DNA of 64,000 bases from Gammaproteobacteria bacterium. GTDB lineage: Bacteria > Pseudomonadota > Gammaproteobacteria > UBA4575. The notes below the pieces were generated by a model, which saw only the letters and a program-made list of their open reading frames with translations, was not told where the DNA came from and did no database searches. Shown piece after piece: positions 38,472-50,045 of this stretch. Position 1 is the stretch's first letter. Every line of letters begins with the position of its first letter. The position numbers and the translations under genes were made by a program. The DNA lies in the NCBI GenBank assembly GCA_965221955.1, contig CBDCTA010000002.1:156929-220928 (forward strand), written 5' to 3'.

Positions 38472-40625
38472 ATGATATTTTCAGGCAATGCCATCAAAGT
38501 TGATTTTTTGCAAGATTCTGTTGCAAATCTCGTTTTTGATCTTGAAGGCGAAAGTATCAATAAGCTCAGTAAAGCAGTCGTCGAACAACTGGAAGATGCG
38601 GTTGCTGCTATAGAAGATCGTAACGATGTTAAAGCATTAATTATTTCTAGTAATAAAGATGTATTTATCGTCGGTGCAGATGTCACCGAGTTTTTGGGTT
38701 TCTTTAAACTTCCTGAAAAAGAATTTATACATTGGATAGAAGCTACCCAAGCACTTTTCAGTCGTATTGAAGATTTACCAATGCCTACCGTGACGGCTAT
38801 CAATGGTTATGCATTAGGAGGCGGTTGTGAGTTAGCACTTTCTACAGACTATCGCGTCATGGTAAAGACTGCGCGTATAGGTTTGCCTGAAGTTAAACTT
38901 GGGATCTTTCCAGGTTGGGGAGGTACTGTTCGTTTACCCAGACTGATTGGAGCGGATAATGCTTTGGAGTGGATTTGTGGCGGTGACCAGAAAAAAGCTG
39001 AGGAAGCTTTTAAATGTCATGCTGTAGATTCGGTTGTTGGGGTAGAACAACTTATCGATTCCGCTATGCATATCGTGCAACAGTGTCTAGACGGTAAGCT
39101 TGATTATCAACAACGTAAACAAGACAAGCGACAACCGCTGCAACTCAATCAACTAGAAAGCATTATGGCATTTGAGTCTGCCAAGGCGGTCGTTGCGGCT
39201 AAAGCAGGGCGGCATTTCCCAGCACCGATCGCAGCAATTGAAACGGTGCAACACCATGCCACCATGTTGCGTGATGAAGCCATGCAGGTTGAAGCGCATG
39301 GTTTTGTAAAAATGGCGAAAACCCCAGTTGCACGCAACTTAGTGGGTTTATTTTTAAATGATCAACGCATTAAGAAAGTCAGTCGAGCTTATATAAAGCA
39401 AGCACAAGCTGTAAAGCAAGCTGCAGTTTTGGGTGCAGGGATTATGGGTGGAGGAATCGCATATCAATCAGCTTGTAAAGACATTCCCATCATCATGAAA
39501 GATATCAAGCAAGAAGCGCTTGAGTTAGGCAAGAGTGAGGCGGGTAATTTGTTATTAAAGCAAGTTAAGCGGGGCAAGATTAAACCTGAAGAGGTAACCG
39601 ATACCTTAGCAAAGATCGATACGACATTAAGCTATGGAGATTTTGTAGATGCGGATTTAGTGGTTGAAGCGGTGATCGAGAATAAAAATATTAAGTCGTC
39701 TGTACTTGCTGAAGTTGAGCAACAAGTAAAATCAGAATGTATTCTCACATCGAACACTTCCACAATTTCAATTACGGAATTGGCTAAATCTTTGCAACGG
39801 CCTGAACAATTTTGTGGCATGCATTTTTTCAATCCGGTTTATCGCATGCCTTTAGTCGAAGTGATTCGTGGAGAAAAATCCAGTGAAACTGCAATTGCCA
39901 CTACCGTTGCCTATGCTGAAGCAATGGGTAAAACTCCTATTGTAGTAAATGATTGTGCTGGCTTTTTGGTGAATCGAGTGTTGTTCCCATACTTTGCTGG
40001 TTTTGATGCATTAGTTCGCAATGGAATAGAAATACAGCGTATCGATGCAGTGATGGAAAAATTTGGATGGCCAATGGGTCCTGCTTATTTATTAGATGTC
40101 GTAGGCATAGATACTGCACATCATGCGTCAGAAGTGATGGCTGAAGCCTATCCAGATCGCATGAGCAAAGAATTTAAATCTGCGACGGATGCTTTATATG
40201 AAAGTGAACGTTATGGACAAAAAAATAATGTTGGGTTTTATAAATACGAATTGGATAAACGCGGTAAACAGAAAAAACTTGAAGATGAAAATGCGACAAG
40301 GATTATTGAAACCGTGCGTGTGAATATGATGGATATTTCGGATGATGAAATTATTGATCGCATGATGATTCCAATGTGTATGGAAACCGTACGTTGTGTA
40401 GAAGAGGGCATTGTTGATCATCCATTAGATGCAGATATGGGTTTAATTCTTGGTATTGCCTTTCCAAGCTTTAGAGGCGGCGCATTACGTTATATTGAAG
40501 AGATGGGGTTGCAAGAGTTTTGTGAGCGAGCAGAAAAATATTCTCATATCAGCCCTGTATATGTTCCAACAAAAGGTTTGTTGAGTATGGTAAAAAAGAA
40601 GCAAACTTTTTATCCAAAAGTATGA
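38472..40625 (+). CDS. fadB: Fatty acid oxidation complex alpha subunit
   Basis: Enoyl-CoA hydratase (GGGCE, GLPEVKLG) plus 3-hydroxyacyl-CoA dehydrogenase (GAGIMGGG, GMHFFNP). Confidence 0.97.
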   Translation: MIFSGNAIKVDFLQDSVANLVFDLEGESINKLSKAVVEQLEDAVAAIEDRNDVKALIISSNKDVFIVGADVTEFLGFFKLPEKEFIHWIEATQALFSRIEDLPMPTVTAINGYALGGGCELALSTDYRVMVKTARIGLPEVKLGIFPGWGGTVRLPRLIGADNALEWICGGDQKKAEEAFKCHAVDSVVGVEQLIDSAMHIVQQCLDGKLDYQQRKQDKRQPLQLNQLESIMAFESAKAVVAAKAGRHFPAPIAAIETVQHHATMLRDEAMQVEAHGFVKMAKTPVARNLVGLFLNDQRIKKVSRAYIKQAQAVKQAAVLGAGIMGGGIAYQSACKDIPIIMKDIKQEALELGKSEAGNLLLKQVKRGKIKPEEVTDTLAKIDTTLSYGDFVDADLVVEAVIENKNIKSSVLAEVEQQVKSECILTSNTSTISITELAKSLQRPEQFCGMHFFNPVYRMPLVEVIRGEKSSETAIATTVAYAEAMGKTPIVVNDCAGFLVNRVLFPYFAGFDALVRNGIEIQRIDAVMEKFGWPMGPAYLLDVVGIDTAHHASEVMAEAYPDRMSKEFKSATDALYESERYGQKNNVGFYKYELDKRGKQKKLEDENATRIIETVRVNMMDISDDEIIDRMMIPMCMETVRCVEEGIVDHPLDADMGLILGIAFPSFRGGALRYIEEMGLQEFCERAEKYSHISPVYVPTKGLLSMVKKKQTFYPKV

Positions 40626-40642
40626 ACGTATGTTGAGGTTGA

Positions 40643-41836
<1,194 letters not shown>

Positions 41837-42107
41837 AAAATTTATATTAAGCACTTATTTCTTTTTCTGTAGCGATAATCATTCCTTACTGATAATTGTG
41901 ACTGATTTTGAATGATTATCAGCATGCAATGCTCAATAGTGATAGTTGTCTGTAATCAGCCTATCTTTTCAGACTTCGAATATTATCCATATTGAACCTG
42001 CATAAACGTTTGCTCTAAATTAGTTTGAGCAGGATAATACTTGACCTTGTACATTGCAGCGTTCTGCAGCGCTTCCTGGAACTTAGCTTAAGGATTGAGC
42101 ACTCATC

Positions 42108-44081
42108 ATGCGAAAATTTTCTTTGCCTCCTAGTGCACGTAGTGTAATTAAAAAGCGTATGGCGTCTTTAGCCATATTTATCATGGTTGGTGCATTCCTG
42201 GTTTACGAAGAGCCTACGATTGAAATTGCTTGGGTCACTGCAATTTTATTATTGACGATTTATTTATTTGCTTTTGAAGTGGTTGATGTTGATATCGCAG
42301 CGATCACCATAATGGTGGTGTTAGGCCTGACTAGCTTATTTGCACCGATAATGGGTTTAGAGCAAGGTTTAGTGGACACCAAACATTTGTTTGATGGCTT
42401 TTCAAGTAACGCAGTAATGTCAATCATTGCTGTGATGATCATTGGAGCTGGGCTAGATAAAACCGGACTCATGAGTAAGGTCGCAGCCTTTATTCTTAAT
42501 ATTGGTGGTACTTCAGAAAAAAGAATCATTCCCATCATTTCAGGCACAGTAGCTTTTATATCGTCGTTTATGCAGAACGTGGGTGCTGCAGCATTGTTCT
42601 TACCTGTGGTGTCGCGAATTTCTTCACGCTCAGGTATTCCTTTATCACGCTTGCTTATGCCGATGGGCTTTTGTGCCATTCTAGGTGGAACGGTAACAAT
42701 GGTGGGTTCTTCACCTCTTATTCTGTTAAATGACTTAATCCAAACCTCAAATACAGCACTTCCTGCAGATCAGCAGATGCAGACATGGAGTATTTTTTCA
42801 GTCACACCTATTGGTGTGGCTTTGGTTTGTACTGGAGTTTTGTATTTTGTGATTTTTGGTCGTTTCGTGTTGCCTGTATCAAAATCAGAGAGTGTTACCT
42901 CTAGTGGCGATACCATGAGTTATTTTCATGATGTGTATGGTGTGGATTACGAGCTTTATGAAGTGGTTGTTCCAGAAGGCAGTGAAATCATTGGTAAACG
43001 CCTTGATGACTTTGAAGATACTTATAAGCTTCGTGTAATCGCAACTAAACAATCAGGGCACGCCACACGTGTAGGACCTGGTGCACTGGATAGAGATACA
43101 GGACTCAGTGCAGGGATGGTGCTAGGTATTACAGCAGAACCAGAATACTTAGATCATTTTGTTCAAAAATATCATTTACGTCGCCGACCACAATTACGCA
43201 CTTTTGCAGAGGATTTATCGAATTCAAAAGCAGGAATTGCTGAAATTGTAATTCCTCCTAGTTCAAAATTAATTGGCAAAAGTGCGCGCGATATTTGGTT
43301 GCGTAAAACTTATGGAATCTCGATGATTACTTTACATCGTGATGGGCACACGATGCGTGAGGTTGAAGACATCCGAAATATCCCATATCACTCTGGTGAC
43401 ACGTTGGTGGTGCATACCACATGGGAAGCCTTAATGCGCCTTGAAAAAGATAATAACTTCGTTGTGATTACCAGTGAGTATCCGCATGAAGAGTTACGGC
43501 CCAATAAAGTAGTATGGGCCGGAATATTTTTTGCCATTGCATTATTTCTAGTACTTTTTACTGAAATTCGTCTCTCAATTGCATTGCTTACCGGTGCAAT
43601 TGGAATGGTATTATCGGGTGTTTTACGCATCGATGAAGCCTATGAAGCCGTTTCATGGAAAACGGTATTTCTGTTAGCAAGTTTAATTCCACTCGGTATG
43701 GCGGTAGAACAAACGGGTACAGCAAAGTGGATTGCGGACCAAACTTTATTAGTAGTAGGCGACATGCCTATTTGGGTGATTCAAGCTGCAATGGCTGCGC
43801 TGGCTACGTTTTTCACCTTGGTGATGTCTAATGTTGGTGCAACGGTTTTACTAGTGCCATTGGCTGTTAACATTGCCATAGGGGTGGGAGCTAACCCTGC
43901 TTTATTTGCTTTAACCGTAGCAATTGCAACTTCAAATTCATTTCTTATTCCTACACATCAAGTGAATGCACTCATTATGGGACCAGGAGGCTATCGCGTA
44001 CCTGACTTTATGCGTGCGGGTGGAATTATGACAATTCTATTTTTAATTGTTTCGGTAACTGTTCTGAATCTACTTTACTAG
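42108..44081 (+). CDS. SLC13-family permease with TrkA-C domains (possible sulfate/anion transporter)
   Basis: SSFMQNVGAAALFLP, two TrkA-C-like soluble segments, PTHQVNALIMGPGGY. Confidence 0.88.
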   Translation: MRKFSLPPSARSVIKKRMASLAIFIMVGAFLVYEEPTIEIAWVTAILLLTIYLFAFEVVDVDIAAITIMVVLGLTSLFAPIMGLEQGLVDTKHLFDGFSSNAVMSIIAVMIIGAGLDKTGLMSKVAAFILNIGGTSEKRIIPIISGTVAFISSFMQNVGAAALFLPVVSRISSRSGIPLSRLLMPMGFCAILGGTVTMVGSSPLILLNDLIQTSNTALPADQQMQTWSIFSVTPIGVALVCTGVLYFVIFGRFVLPVSKSESVTSSGDTMSYFHDVYGVDYELYEVVVPEGSEIIGKRLDDFEDTYKLRVIATKQSGHATRVGPGALDRDTGLSAGMVLGITAEPEYLDHFVQKYHLRRRPQLRTFAEDLSNSKAGIAEIVIPPSSKLIGKSARDIWLRKTYGISMITLHRDGHTMREVEDIRNIPYHSGDTLVVHTTWEALMRLEKDNNFVVITSEYPHEELRPNKVVWAGIFFAIALFLVLFTEIRLSIALLTGAIGMVLSGVLRIDEAYEAVSWKTVFLLASLIPLGMAVEQTGTAKWIADQTLLVVGDMPIWVIQAAMAALATFFTLVMSNVGATVLLVPLAVNIAIGVGANPALFALTVAIATSNSFLIPTHQVNALIMGPGGYRVPDFMRAGGIMTILFLIVSVTVLNLLY

Positions 44082-44449
44082 GGATTTTTAGTTTCTGAGT
44101 TAAGCAATTCTAAAAGTTCATCAATGTAATCCAGTAAAGCACAAGCCATCATATCGTCTTGTTTTTTATCACCAATTTTTGATAACGCTTTCAGTGCAGT
44201 GATGACTTCATTTGAGTCTTTGTTAGAGCGACTGATTTGTTCTTGTAAGTTATCTAGATGAATTTTCGCTGCAGCTTGATCGCGCTCATTTACTAAGATT
44301 TGTGGAAAATAGATCTGTGCTTGGGTAGTAAATTCAGCCAGCGCTTCATGAATACCAGGTTGAAGAAATTCATCTAGTGCGTCGTTTAGAGGGGGTACTG
44401 AGTGAACGCTATCAGGATTGACGTCGATTTTGTCTTTATTGTTTGTCAT
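44078..44449 (-). CDS. Hypothetical protein
   Basis: 123-aa ORF. Confidence 0.65.
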   Translation of the reverse strand: MTNNKDKIDVNPDSVHSVPPLNDALDEFLQPGIHEALAEFTTQAQIYFPQILVNERDQAAAKIHLDNLQEQISRSNKDSNEVITALKALSKIGDKKQDDMMACALLDYIDELLELLNSETKNP

Positions 44450-44722
44450 GTGAGCCAGTTCTCAATTTGTAATAGGTCGTTAACACAAATATAGAAATAT
44501 CTTAATTTCAGATCATTAGTCTATAACCAGTTGTATGCTGAGTCGTCAAGTTATTGGCAAATTAACTTATGTAGAAACAGTCAGATTGCAGCCTGTTTCA
44601 CATAAAAGCAATGCAGATTTAAGTATTCTTTAAACATAGTGTGAATACGGTTTATTCAAGGACTTTCTCAAATAATAAAGTTCAGTGACCGATAAATGGA
44701 TAGCACTTTCCACGGAGGTACA

Positions 44723-44914
44723 ATGCTAACAACTAGCTTTTTCTTAATTGCTTGGCTAATGGGTTTTCTATTTATTTTTAGCGGCTTAGGGAAATCCCAG
44801 CAAATTCAAGATGGCGTGTTAACAGTATATCCTGAAAAACGCTTAGCTTTTGGTGTGGGTTTAATTGCTTATATTGGGTTTTCTTTCGTCCTAGCACTCA
44901 TTTTTGTTATATAA
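44723..44914 (+). CDS. Small membrane protein
   Basis: GGAGG RBS before ATG 44723; two TM segments. Confidence 0.65.
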   Translation: MLTTSFFLIAWLMGFLFIFSGLGKSQQIQDGVLTVYPEKRLAFGVGLIAYIGFSFVLALIFVI

Positions 44915-44923
44915 GCTCGATAT

Positions 44924-45418
44924 TTAAGCCGGCTTAAATTTCAACACCTGTCCGTTATTGCACCAACGCTGCCCCGTCGGCAATGGACCATCCATAATCA
45001 AATGCCCATGGTGTCCACCACAGCGTGCACATCGATATCCGGTTTTTGGCCATATACCTTTGAGGTCGGTATAGGTTTCTAAATGTCCGTGAATGTGGTC
45101 ATTAAAGCTTGGCCAGCCAGTATTACTGTCATACTTCATTTCTGAATCGAATAACTCTAGACCGCATGCTACACAACTGTAGATACCTTTCTTATAAAAC
45201 TTGGTAAATTGACTGGAGTAGCGTGGTTCTGTAGCGCCGGTGCGTAGAATAGCGAATTCAGCTTCGCTGAGCCTTTCTCGCCAATATTGCTCATCATGAT
45301 CTAATTTTTGAATATGAGCAGAAGCTTTGATGGCAACTTTATTATGTTTTGAGCTTGCTTGAATAAAGCTAAACAGTACAAAGCCACCCGCTACAATGAG
45401 AAAGTTTCTTTTGTTCAA
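44924..45418 (-). CDS. msrB: Peptide-methionine (R)-S-oxide reductase, probably exported
   Basis: GWPSF, CARCGGHHGH..DGP.PTGQRWCNNG; Tat-like KRNFL leader. Confidence 0.9.
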   Translation of the reverse strand: MNKRNFLIVAGGFVLFSFIQASSKHNKVAIKASAHIQKLDHDEQYWRERLSEAEFAILRTGATEPRYSSQFTKFYKKGIYSCVACGLELFDSEMKYDSNTGWPSFNDHIHGHLETYTDLKGIWPKTGYRCARCGGHHGHLIMDGPLPTGQRWCNNGQVLKFKPA

Positions 45419-45529
45419 TTTAGGTTCTCTTTATTAAACATCCAATGCAAATGAATAGTGTAACCTGTCTTACTATGACTAAGCGTCTTAAGCATATTAT
45501 AATTTAAATTATAATAATCTTTTAAGTAC

Positions 45530-46114
45530 ATGAATAAAAACAATATATTTATTCTATCTATATTGATAATTTGTGTGATTGCACAGCTCAGCCTGTTTCT
45601 TGGTATGGACTGGCTGCAATTTGCTCGCTCCGATATTGAAGCTGGCCAATGGTGGCGATTCATTAGTGCTAATTTCGTTCATTTAAACTGGCGCCACTTT
45701 GCGATGAATGCAGTAGCACTGGTTGCAATCTACGCTTTATATCCGAATGTGATGAACAACATGGGCTGGTTACTAGCGTTTTTACTAAATTCTCTTGCGG
45801 TAACGGTAGGACTCTGGCTGTTTAGTCCACTAATACAATGGTACGTAGGGCTATCTGGAGTGTTGCATGGTATTTTAACCATGTTAATTCTGCTTGATTA
45901 TGTATTGAGCAAGAGCAAGCTAAATATTTTGCTCCTACTAGTATTGGTTACAAAATTAATTTGGGAAGGTTTGATGGGTCCTTTACCTGGTAGTGAAACA
46001 ACAGCAGGAGGGCCAATAGTGGTACAAGCACATCTTTATGGCTTTCTTGGAGGTTTATTGCTTGCTGTATGTATACTACAATTTACTACTAAAAATAAGA
46101 AGTTACAGACATGA
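45530..46114 (+). CDS. rrtA: Rhombosortase (rhomboid-family protease)
   Basis: GQWWR...NFVH..W.H..MN, YVGLSGVLHG and AHLYG motifs. Confidence 0.85.
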   Translation: MNKNNIFILSILIICVIAQLSLFLGMDWLQFARSDIEAGQWWRFISANFVHLNWRHFAMNAVALVAIYALYPNVMNNMGWLLAFLLNSLAVTVGLWLFSPLIQWYVGLSGVLHGILTMLILLDYVLSKSKLNILLLLVLVTKLIWEGLMGPLPGSETTAGGPIVVQAHLYGFLGGLLLAVCILQFTTKNKKLQT

Positions 46115-46419
46115 CTGAAAGTGATTTATCGCAAGAACTATATAGTGAATTTCATAAAATTTGCCGTAATTTAACCTATTTCACAATTGCACTCGTTTGT
46201 ATCGCAGCACTCATTATTTGGGTATTTGGTATTGATCTTGGCGGTAAAAGAACCACTTTGATGGGCGTAAGCTTCATGGTTTTAGCGGCTTTTACGTTTA
46301 AGATCCCATATTTCAGTTATCGCTATATGTTAAATAAGTACAAGCACAATGATGATAAGCGTTCAATATTGGGGGTAGATTGGAAACTGTTTCGTGACAA
46401 TGCCATGCAGCATAGATAG
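46111..46419 (+). CDS. Hypothetical membrane protein
   Basis: 102 aa, two TM, overlaps the rrtA stop (ATGA). Confidence 0.7.
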   Translation: MTESDLSQELYSEFHKICRNLTYFTIALVCIAALIIWVFGIDLGGKRTTLMGVSFMVLAAFTFKIPYFSYRYMLNKYKHNDDKRSILGVDWKLFRDNAMQHR

Positions 46420-46592
46420 CGGATGTTAGAGTATCCGCCTGACTGAAATTAGTTGCTCACTATCGGCGCATGCTGTCATAAAATCAAAAGCATCGCTAGG
46501 GTTGCTTCATTACCCAAAAGTCACAGCTGTTTATCGATTTGGTTGGTAAAAGGAAAATTCTCACTCATTTTATAAACAGTGATGTTTGCTTA

Positions 46593-46964
46593 ATGTTAGA
46601 TAAATTCCGCAAAAAATCCCTGCGTAGTTCTTTTTTCCCACGTGCTAAACGAGCTCCTCTTGTAGGTGAGGTATACATTAAGCGCATCGGCCAAATAACA
46701 TTACGTGCTAATCAAGGAAATATTAGTGAAGGAGGGTTATATGTGGTCATTCCTGGGCATGATCTGGAACGTGGTAAACGGGTAGAAATTGTAATTGTGA
46801 CTAAAAATGGCAGCATACGGCATATGAGCCGAATGATGGGCATTGTGATTCGTGTAGATTCTCAGGGTGCGGCGTTGGTCACCTATAAGAAACAAGAGCT
46901 GGATTCTCCGTCTGAAGTTCAGCATGAGGAGCGAATCCTAAAACAAGAATTTGATCGGGTTTAA
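46593..46964 (+). CDS. PilZ-domain protein
   Basis: RAKR (degenerate RxxxR) and NISEGG; beta-rich, ends VIRVDSQGAAL. Confidence 0.7.
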   Translation: MLDKFRKKSLRSSFFPRAKRAPLVGEVYIKRIGQITLRANQGNISEGGLYVVIPGHDLERGKRVEIVIVTKNGSIRHMSRMMGIVIRVDSQGAALVTYKKQELDSPSEVQHEERILKQEFDRV

Positions 46965-47091
46965 GTCTTAATTTTAGCTATTCTGGGCGCCAATCTCTGG
47001 CTAAAAGGCGTTTAAACCCAGATGAGCTGTAAAAATTGTATGTGGCTACGGCTTTATAATAAAGACTGTAGTTTCTCTCCTTCTGAAACTG

Positions 47092-47127
47092 ACCCACGTT
47101 AAGCAATCTTAAACGTGGGTTTTTTTT
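47092..47127 (+). terminator. Rho-independent terminator
   Basis: ACCCACGTT...AACGTGGGT followed by T7. Confidence 0.85.
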
Positions 47128-47213
47128 GTCTATTAATCCCACACTATGCTTGTTTTATACAGGTTCAATTTAGTGGGCTCTAAGCTTGATATTGTCTGTG
47201 ATAGCATTTCGCT

Positions 47214-47582
47214 ATGAATGCTTTGCTGCTTATTGCTCACGGAAGTCGTCGCCTTGCCTCAAATGAGGAAGTCAGGGCATTGACACGTGTTATGGAGCAA
47301 AATTCGGATCATGATTATACAATTATTGAATGTGCATTCCTTGAATTAGCAGAACCTTCAATACCTGATGGTGTGAACGCTTGTGTCGCAAAAGGTGCAA
47401 AAACGGTTACTGTATTACCGTACTTTCTTTCAGCGGGTCGGCATGTTGCGACAGATATACCTGAAGAATTGCAAAAATCTCAAACTCAGCATCCGCAAGT
47501 GGAGATTAAAATGGCACCTTATCTGGGGTCAGCTAAAGAGATTAGCAATATTTTGATCTCTCTTAGTAAACAAGTCTTTTGA
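47214..47582 (+). CDS. CbiX/SirB-family chelatase (short form)
   Basis: LLIAHGSR, AFLELAEP and LPYFLSAGRHV..DIP motifs. Confidence 0.9.
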   Translation: MNALLLIAHGSRRLASNEEVRALTRVMEQNSDHDYTIIECAFLELAEPSIPDGVNACVAKGAKTVTVLPYFLSAGRHVATDIPEELQKSQTQHPQVEIKMAPYLGSAKEISNILISLSKQVF

Positions 47583-47586
47583 TGCA

Positions 47587-48672
47587 TTGAGTACTAATCT
47601 TATCTCAGATAAAAAACACCCACAAAAGATTCGTGGTCGTGGGTATAGTGAAAATATTCCTGGTAGATATACGCAGACTATTACGGAATTTGACCCAGGT
47701 GTTTTGCAATACGAGTCTAATATTGTATTGACTGAGCTATCACAATCCAATGCGAAGTCTATATTAACTAAAAATAATTCACCTGATGTTCCTTTTGAAC
47801 GTAGTTTAAATATTTATCGTGGTTGTGAGCATGGATGTATTTATTGTTTTGCTCGACCCACACATTCTTATTTAGATTTATCGCCTGGGCTTGATTTTGA
47901 GCAAAAAATATTTTTTAAAGCCAACGCAGTTGAGCTTCTAAAAAAAGAATTTTCAAAACCAAGCTATAAAGTGAAAACGATATCTCTTGGCAATATTACG
48001 GACACTTATCAACCTGTTGAAAAACGTTTATGCATTACACGGGAAATTTTGCAATTGATGCTTGAGTATAAGCATCCAGTGAGTTTGGTAACCAAATCAT
48101 CTTTAATTGAACGTGATAGAGATATTTTAGAAAAATTAGCTGAACAAAATTTGGTGCATGTCGCCGTTACAGTAACTACTTTAAACAAACAATTGGCGCA
48201 GCAACTTGAACCACGTGCATCAACGCCACGACGCAGAATAAAAACAATTAGAACTTTGAGTGAAGTGGGTATACCTGTGAGTGTATTAGTCGCGCCGATT
48301 ATTCCTATGTTAACCGATGCTGAACTTGAGGATATCATCGTGGCAGTCAAGCAAGCGGGAGCTAATGGTGCAAATTTTGTCATGTTGAGATTACCACATG
48401 AACTAAAAAAATTATTTGTAGATTGGCTTGAGGAATATTTTCCTCTTAAGGCTGAGCATATATTAAATCGTTTAAAAGAGATGCATGGTGGAAAGGTTTA
48501 TCAATCAGACTTCGGTAATCGCATGCGTGGCTCGGGTGAATATGCGAGCTTGATTGAACAACGTTTCAAATTGGCTTGTAGGAAAAATGGATTATCTAAA
48601 AAACTATATCATTTGGATGAAAGTAAATTCATGAGGCCAGCTGAAACCTTTGCGCAAATGGAAATGTTTTAA
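47587..48672 (+). CDS. Radical SAM protein, spore-photoproduct-lyase-like (PA0069 family)
   Basis: NIYRGCEHGCIYCFARPTH, TDTYQPVE and LEPRA motifs. Confidence 0.9.
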   Translation: MSTNLISDKKHPQKIRGRGYSENIPGRYTQTITEFDPGVLQYESNIVLTELSQSNAKSILTKNNSPDVPFERSLNIYRGCEHGCIYCFARPTHSYLDLSPGLDFEQKIFFKANAVELLKKEFSKPSYKVKTISLGNITDTYQPVEKRLCITREILQLMLEYKHPVSLVTKSSLIERDRDILEKLAEQNLVHVAVTVTTLNKQLAQQLEPRASTPRRRIKTIRTLSEVGIPVSVLVAPIIPMLTDAELEDIIVAVKQAGANGANFVMLRLPHELKKLFVDWLEEYFPLKAEHILNRLKEMHGGKVYQSDFGNRMRGSGEYASLIEQRFKLACRKNGLSKKLYHLDESKFMRPAETFAQMEMF

Positions 48673-49406
48673 ATTTCCAGCCCATTTAATTCTTTTTTTA
48701 AGTCAGCATCACTTTGAGAGGTATAGGGTGAATTTCGTATTTTATCGTGTACTTTCATACGGTAGCGTATGAAATCATCTACCTCAGTAAAATGCATGAA
48801 AGGATTGCCTTCAATTTCTTCTTTCAACGTAGAAGATTTTTGCTCAGCGTAATCGTGTCCAGGGTGAATCACTATTTCACTTGGTAAATCTGATTTAAAG
48901 CGTTTTAAGGTGCTATACATCTGTTCTGGATCACCACCTTGTAAATCGCAACGTCCACAGCCGAATACGAATAAAGTATCTCCCGTAATTAAGTCATTGC
49001 CCACACGATAACAAGCAGAACCTGGGGTATGTCCAGGCGTGTGCATGACCTGTATTTCTGTTTGCCCAAGATTTATCAGGTCACCACCATGATGAAGGCT
49101 AGGTTTCACTAACTCTTTGCCCCAAAAGTTTGCTTCACTTTTTAATAGATGAACTTGTGCGTCATAGTGACTTAAAAGTTCGTCTACTCCATTAATATGG
49201 TCATGGTGGCTATGAGTGAGTAAAACATCAGAAATTTCAACATTTAACTTTTTTGCATGGTTAGTAATTGCATTAACATCCCATGCTGGGTCCACAACAG
49301 CAGCAGTTTTGCTATTCTCATCCACCAATAAATAAATAAAGTTTTCCATTGGACCCAATTCCAATGCGTGAATGGAGTGTTGATTGTTAGTTTCTTTAGA
49401 CGACAT
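48669..49406 (-). CDS. MBL-fold metallohydrolase (glyoxalase II / persulfide dioxygenase-like)
   Basis: THSHHDH, TPGHTPGS, TGDTLF..GCGRCD and HPGHDY motifs. Confidence 0.9.
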   Translation of the reverse strand: MSSKETNNQHSIHALELGPMENFIYLLVDENSKTAAVVDPAWDVNAITNHAKKLNVEISDVLLTHSHHDHINGVDELLSHYDAQVHLLKSEANFWGKELVKPSLHHGGDLINLGQTEIQVMHTPGHTPGSACYRVGNDLITGDTLFVFGCGRCDLQGGDPEQMYSTLKRFKSDLPSEIVIHPGHDYAEQKSSTLKEEIEGNPFMHFTEVDDFIRYRMKVHDKIRNSPYTSQSDADLKKELNGLEI

Positions 49407-49456
49407 TTTTAAAAGTTTCGACAATTATTAATTATAAAATTATATCAAACTTTTCT

Positions 49457-49996
49457 ATGCAAACACTGAAAGATTATCTAGATTATAACTTAGAGATATT
49501 ATCTATTGGCTTAAATCCATCGACTATTTCGGTTGAGCGTGGGTATTATTTTGCTAATCCCAGAAATCGTTTTTGGAAAGCTTTGAATGCTAGTGGTCTA
49601 ATAGATGAAGAGCTCATCCCATCTCAAGAATCGCAACGTAAATTATTAAAGCAATATAAAATTGGATTTACCGATGTTGTTAAACGGCATTCATCTATGG
49701 GTAAGGATTTGCGTGTGGCTGATTTTAAAAAATGGGCTCCTGTGCTTGAGCAAACAATTCATCAGTATCAACCCAGAATCTGCTGGATTCATGGCAAAGT
49801 TGCGGCAAAGAATTTTTTGCAATATGGAGGATTTGTAAAAAATGAAGTCGTTTGGGGCTTACAAGAATTTAGCTTTGAAAATTCTAAAATATTTGTGACA
49901 CCTAATCCTAGTCCTGCAAATGCAGCTTATTCTTTGCAAGATTTAATTGACTGGTATAAAAAGCTGGAGGTGTTGCATTGTGAGATGAGCGGCTAA
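49457..49996 (+). CDS. mug: Mismatch-specific uracil-DNA glycosylase family
   Basis: GLNP, FANPRNRFWKAL and PNPSPAN motifs. Confidence 0.88.
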   Translation: MQTLKDYLDYNLEILSIGLNPSTISVERGYYFANPRNRFWKALNASGLIDEELIPSQESQRKLLKQYKIGFTDVVKRHSSMGKDLRVADFKKWAPVLEQTIHQYQPRICWIHGKVAAKNFLQYGGFVKNEVVWGLQEFSFENSKIFVTPNPSPANAAYSLQDLIDWYKKLEVLHCEMSG

Positions 49997-50045
49997 TGGT
50001 TACACTCCTAATTTACTATTACACAATTATCTAAGGTCGAGTGGA

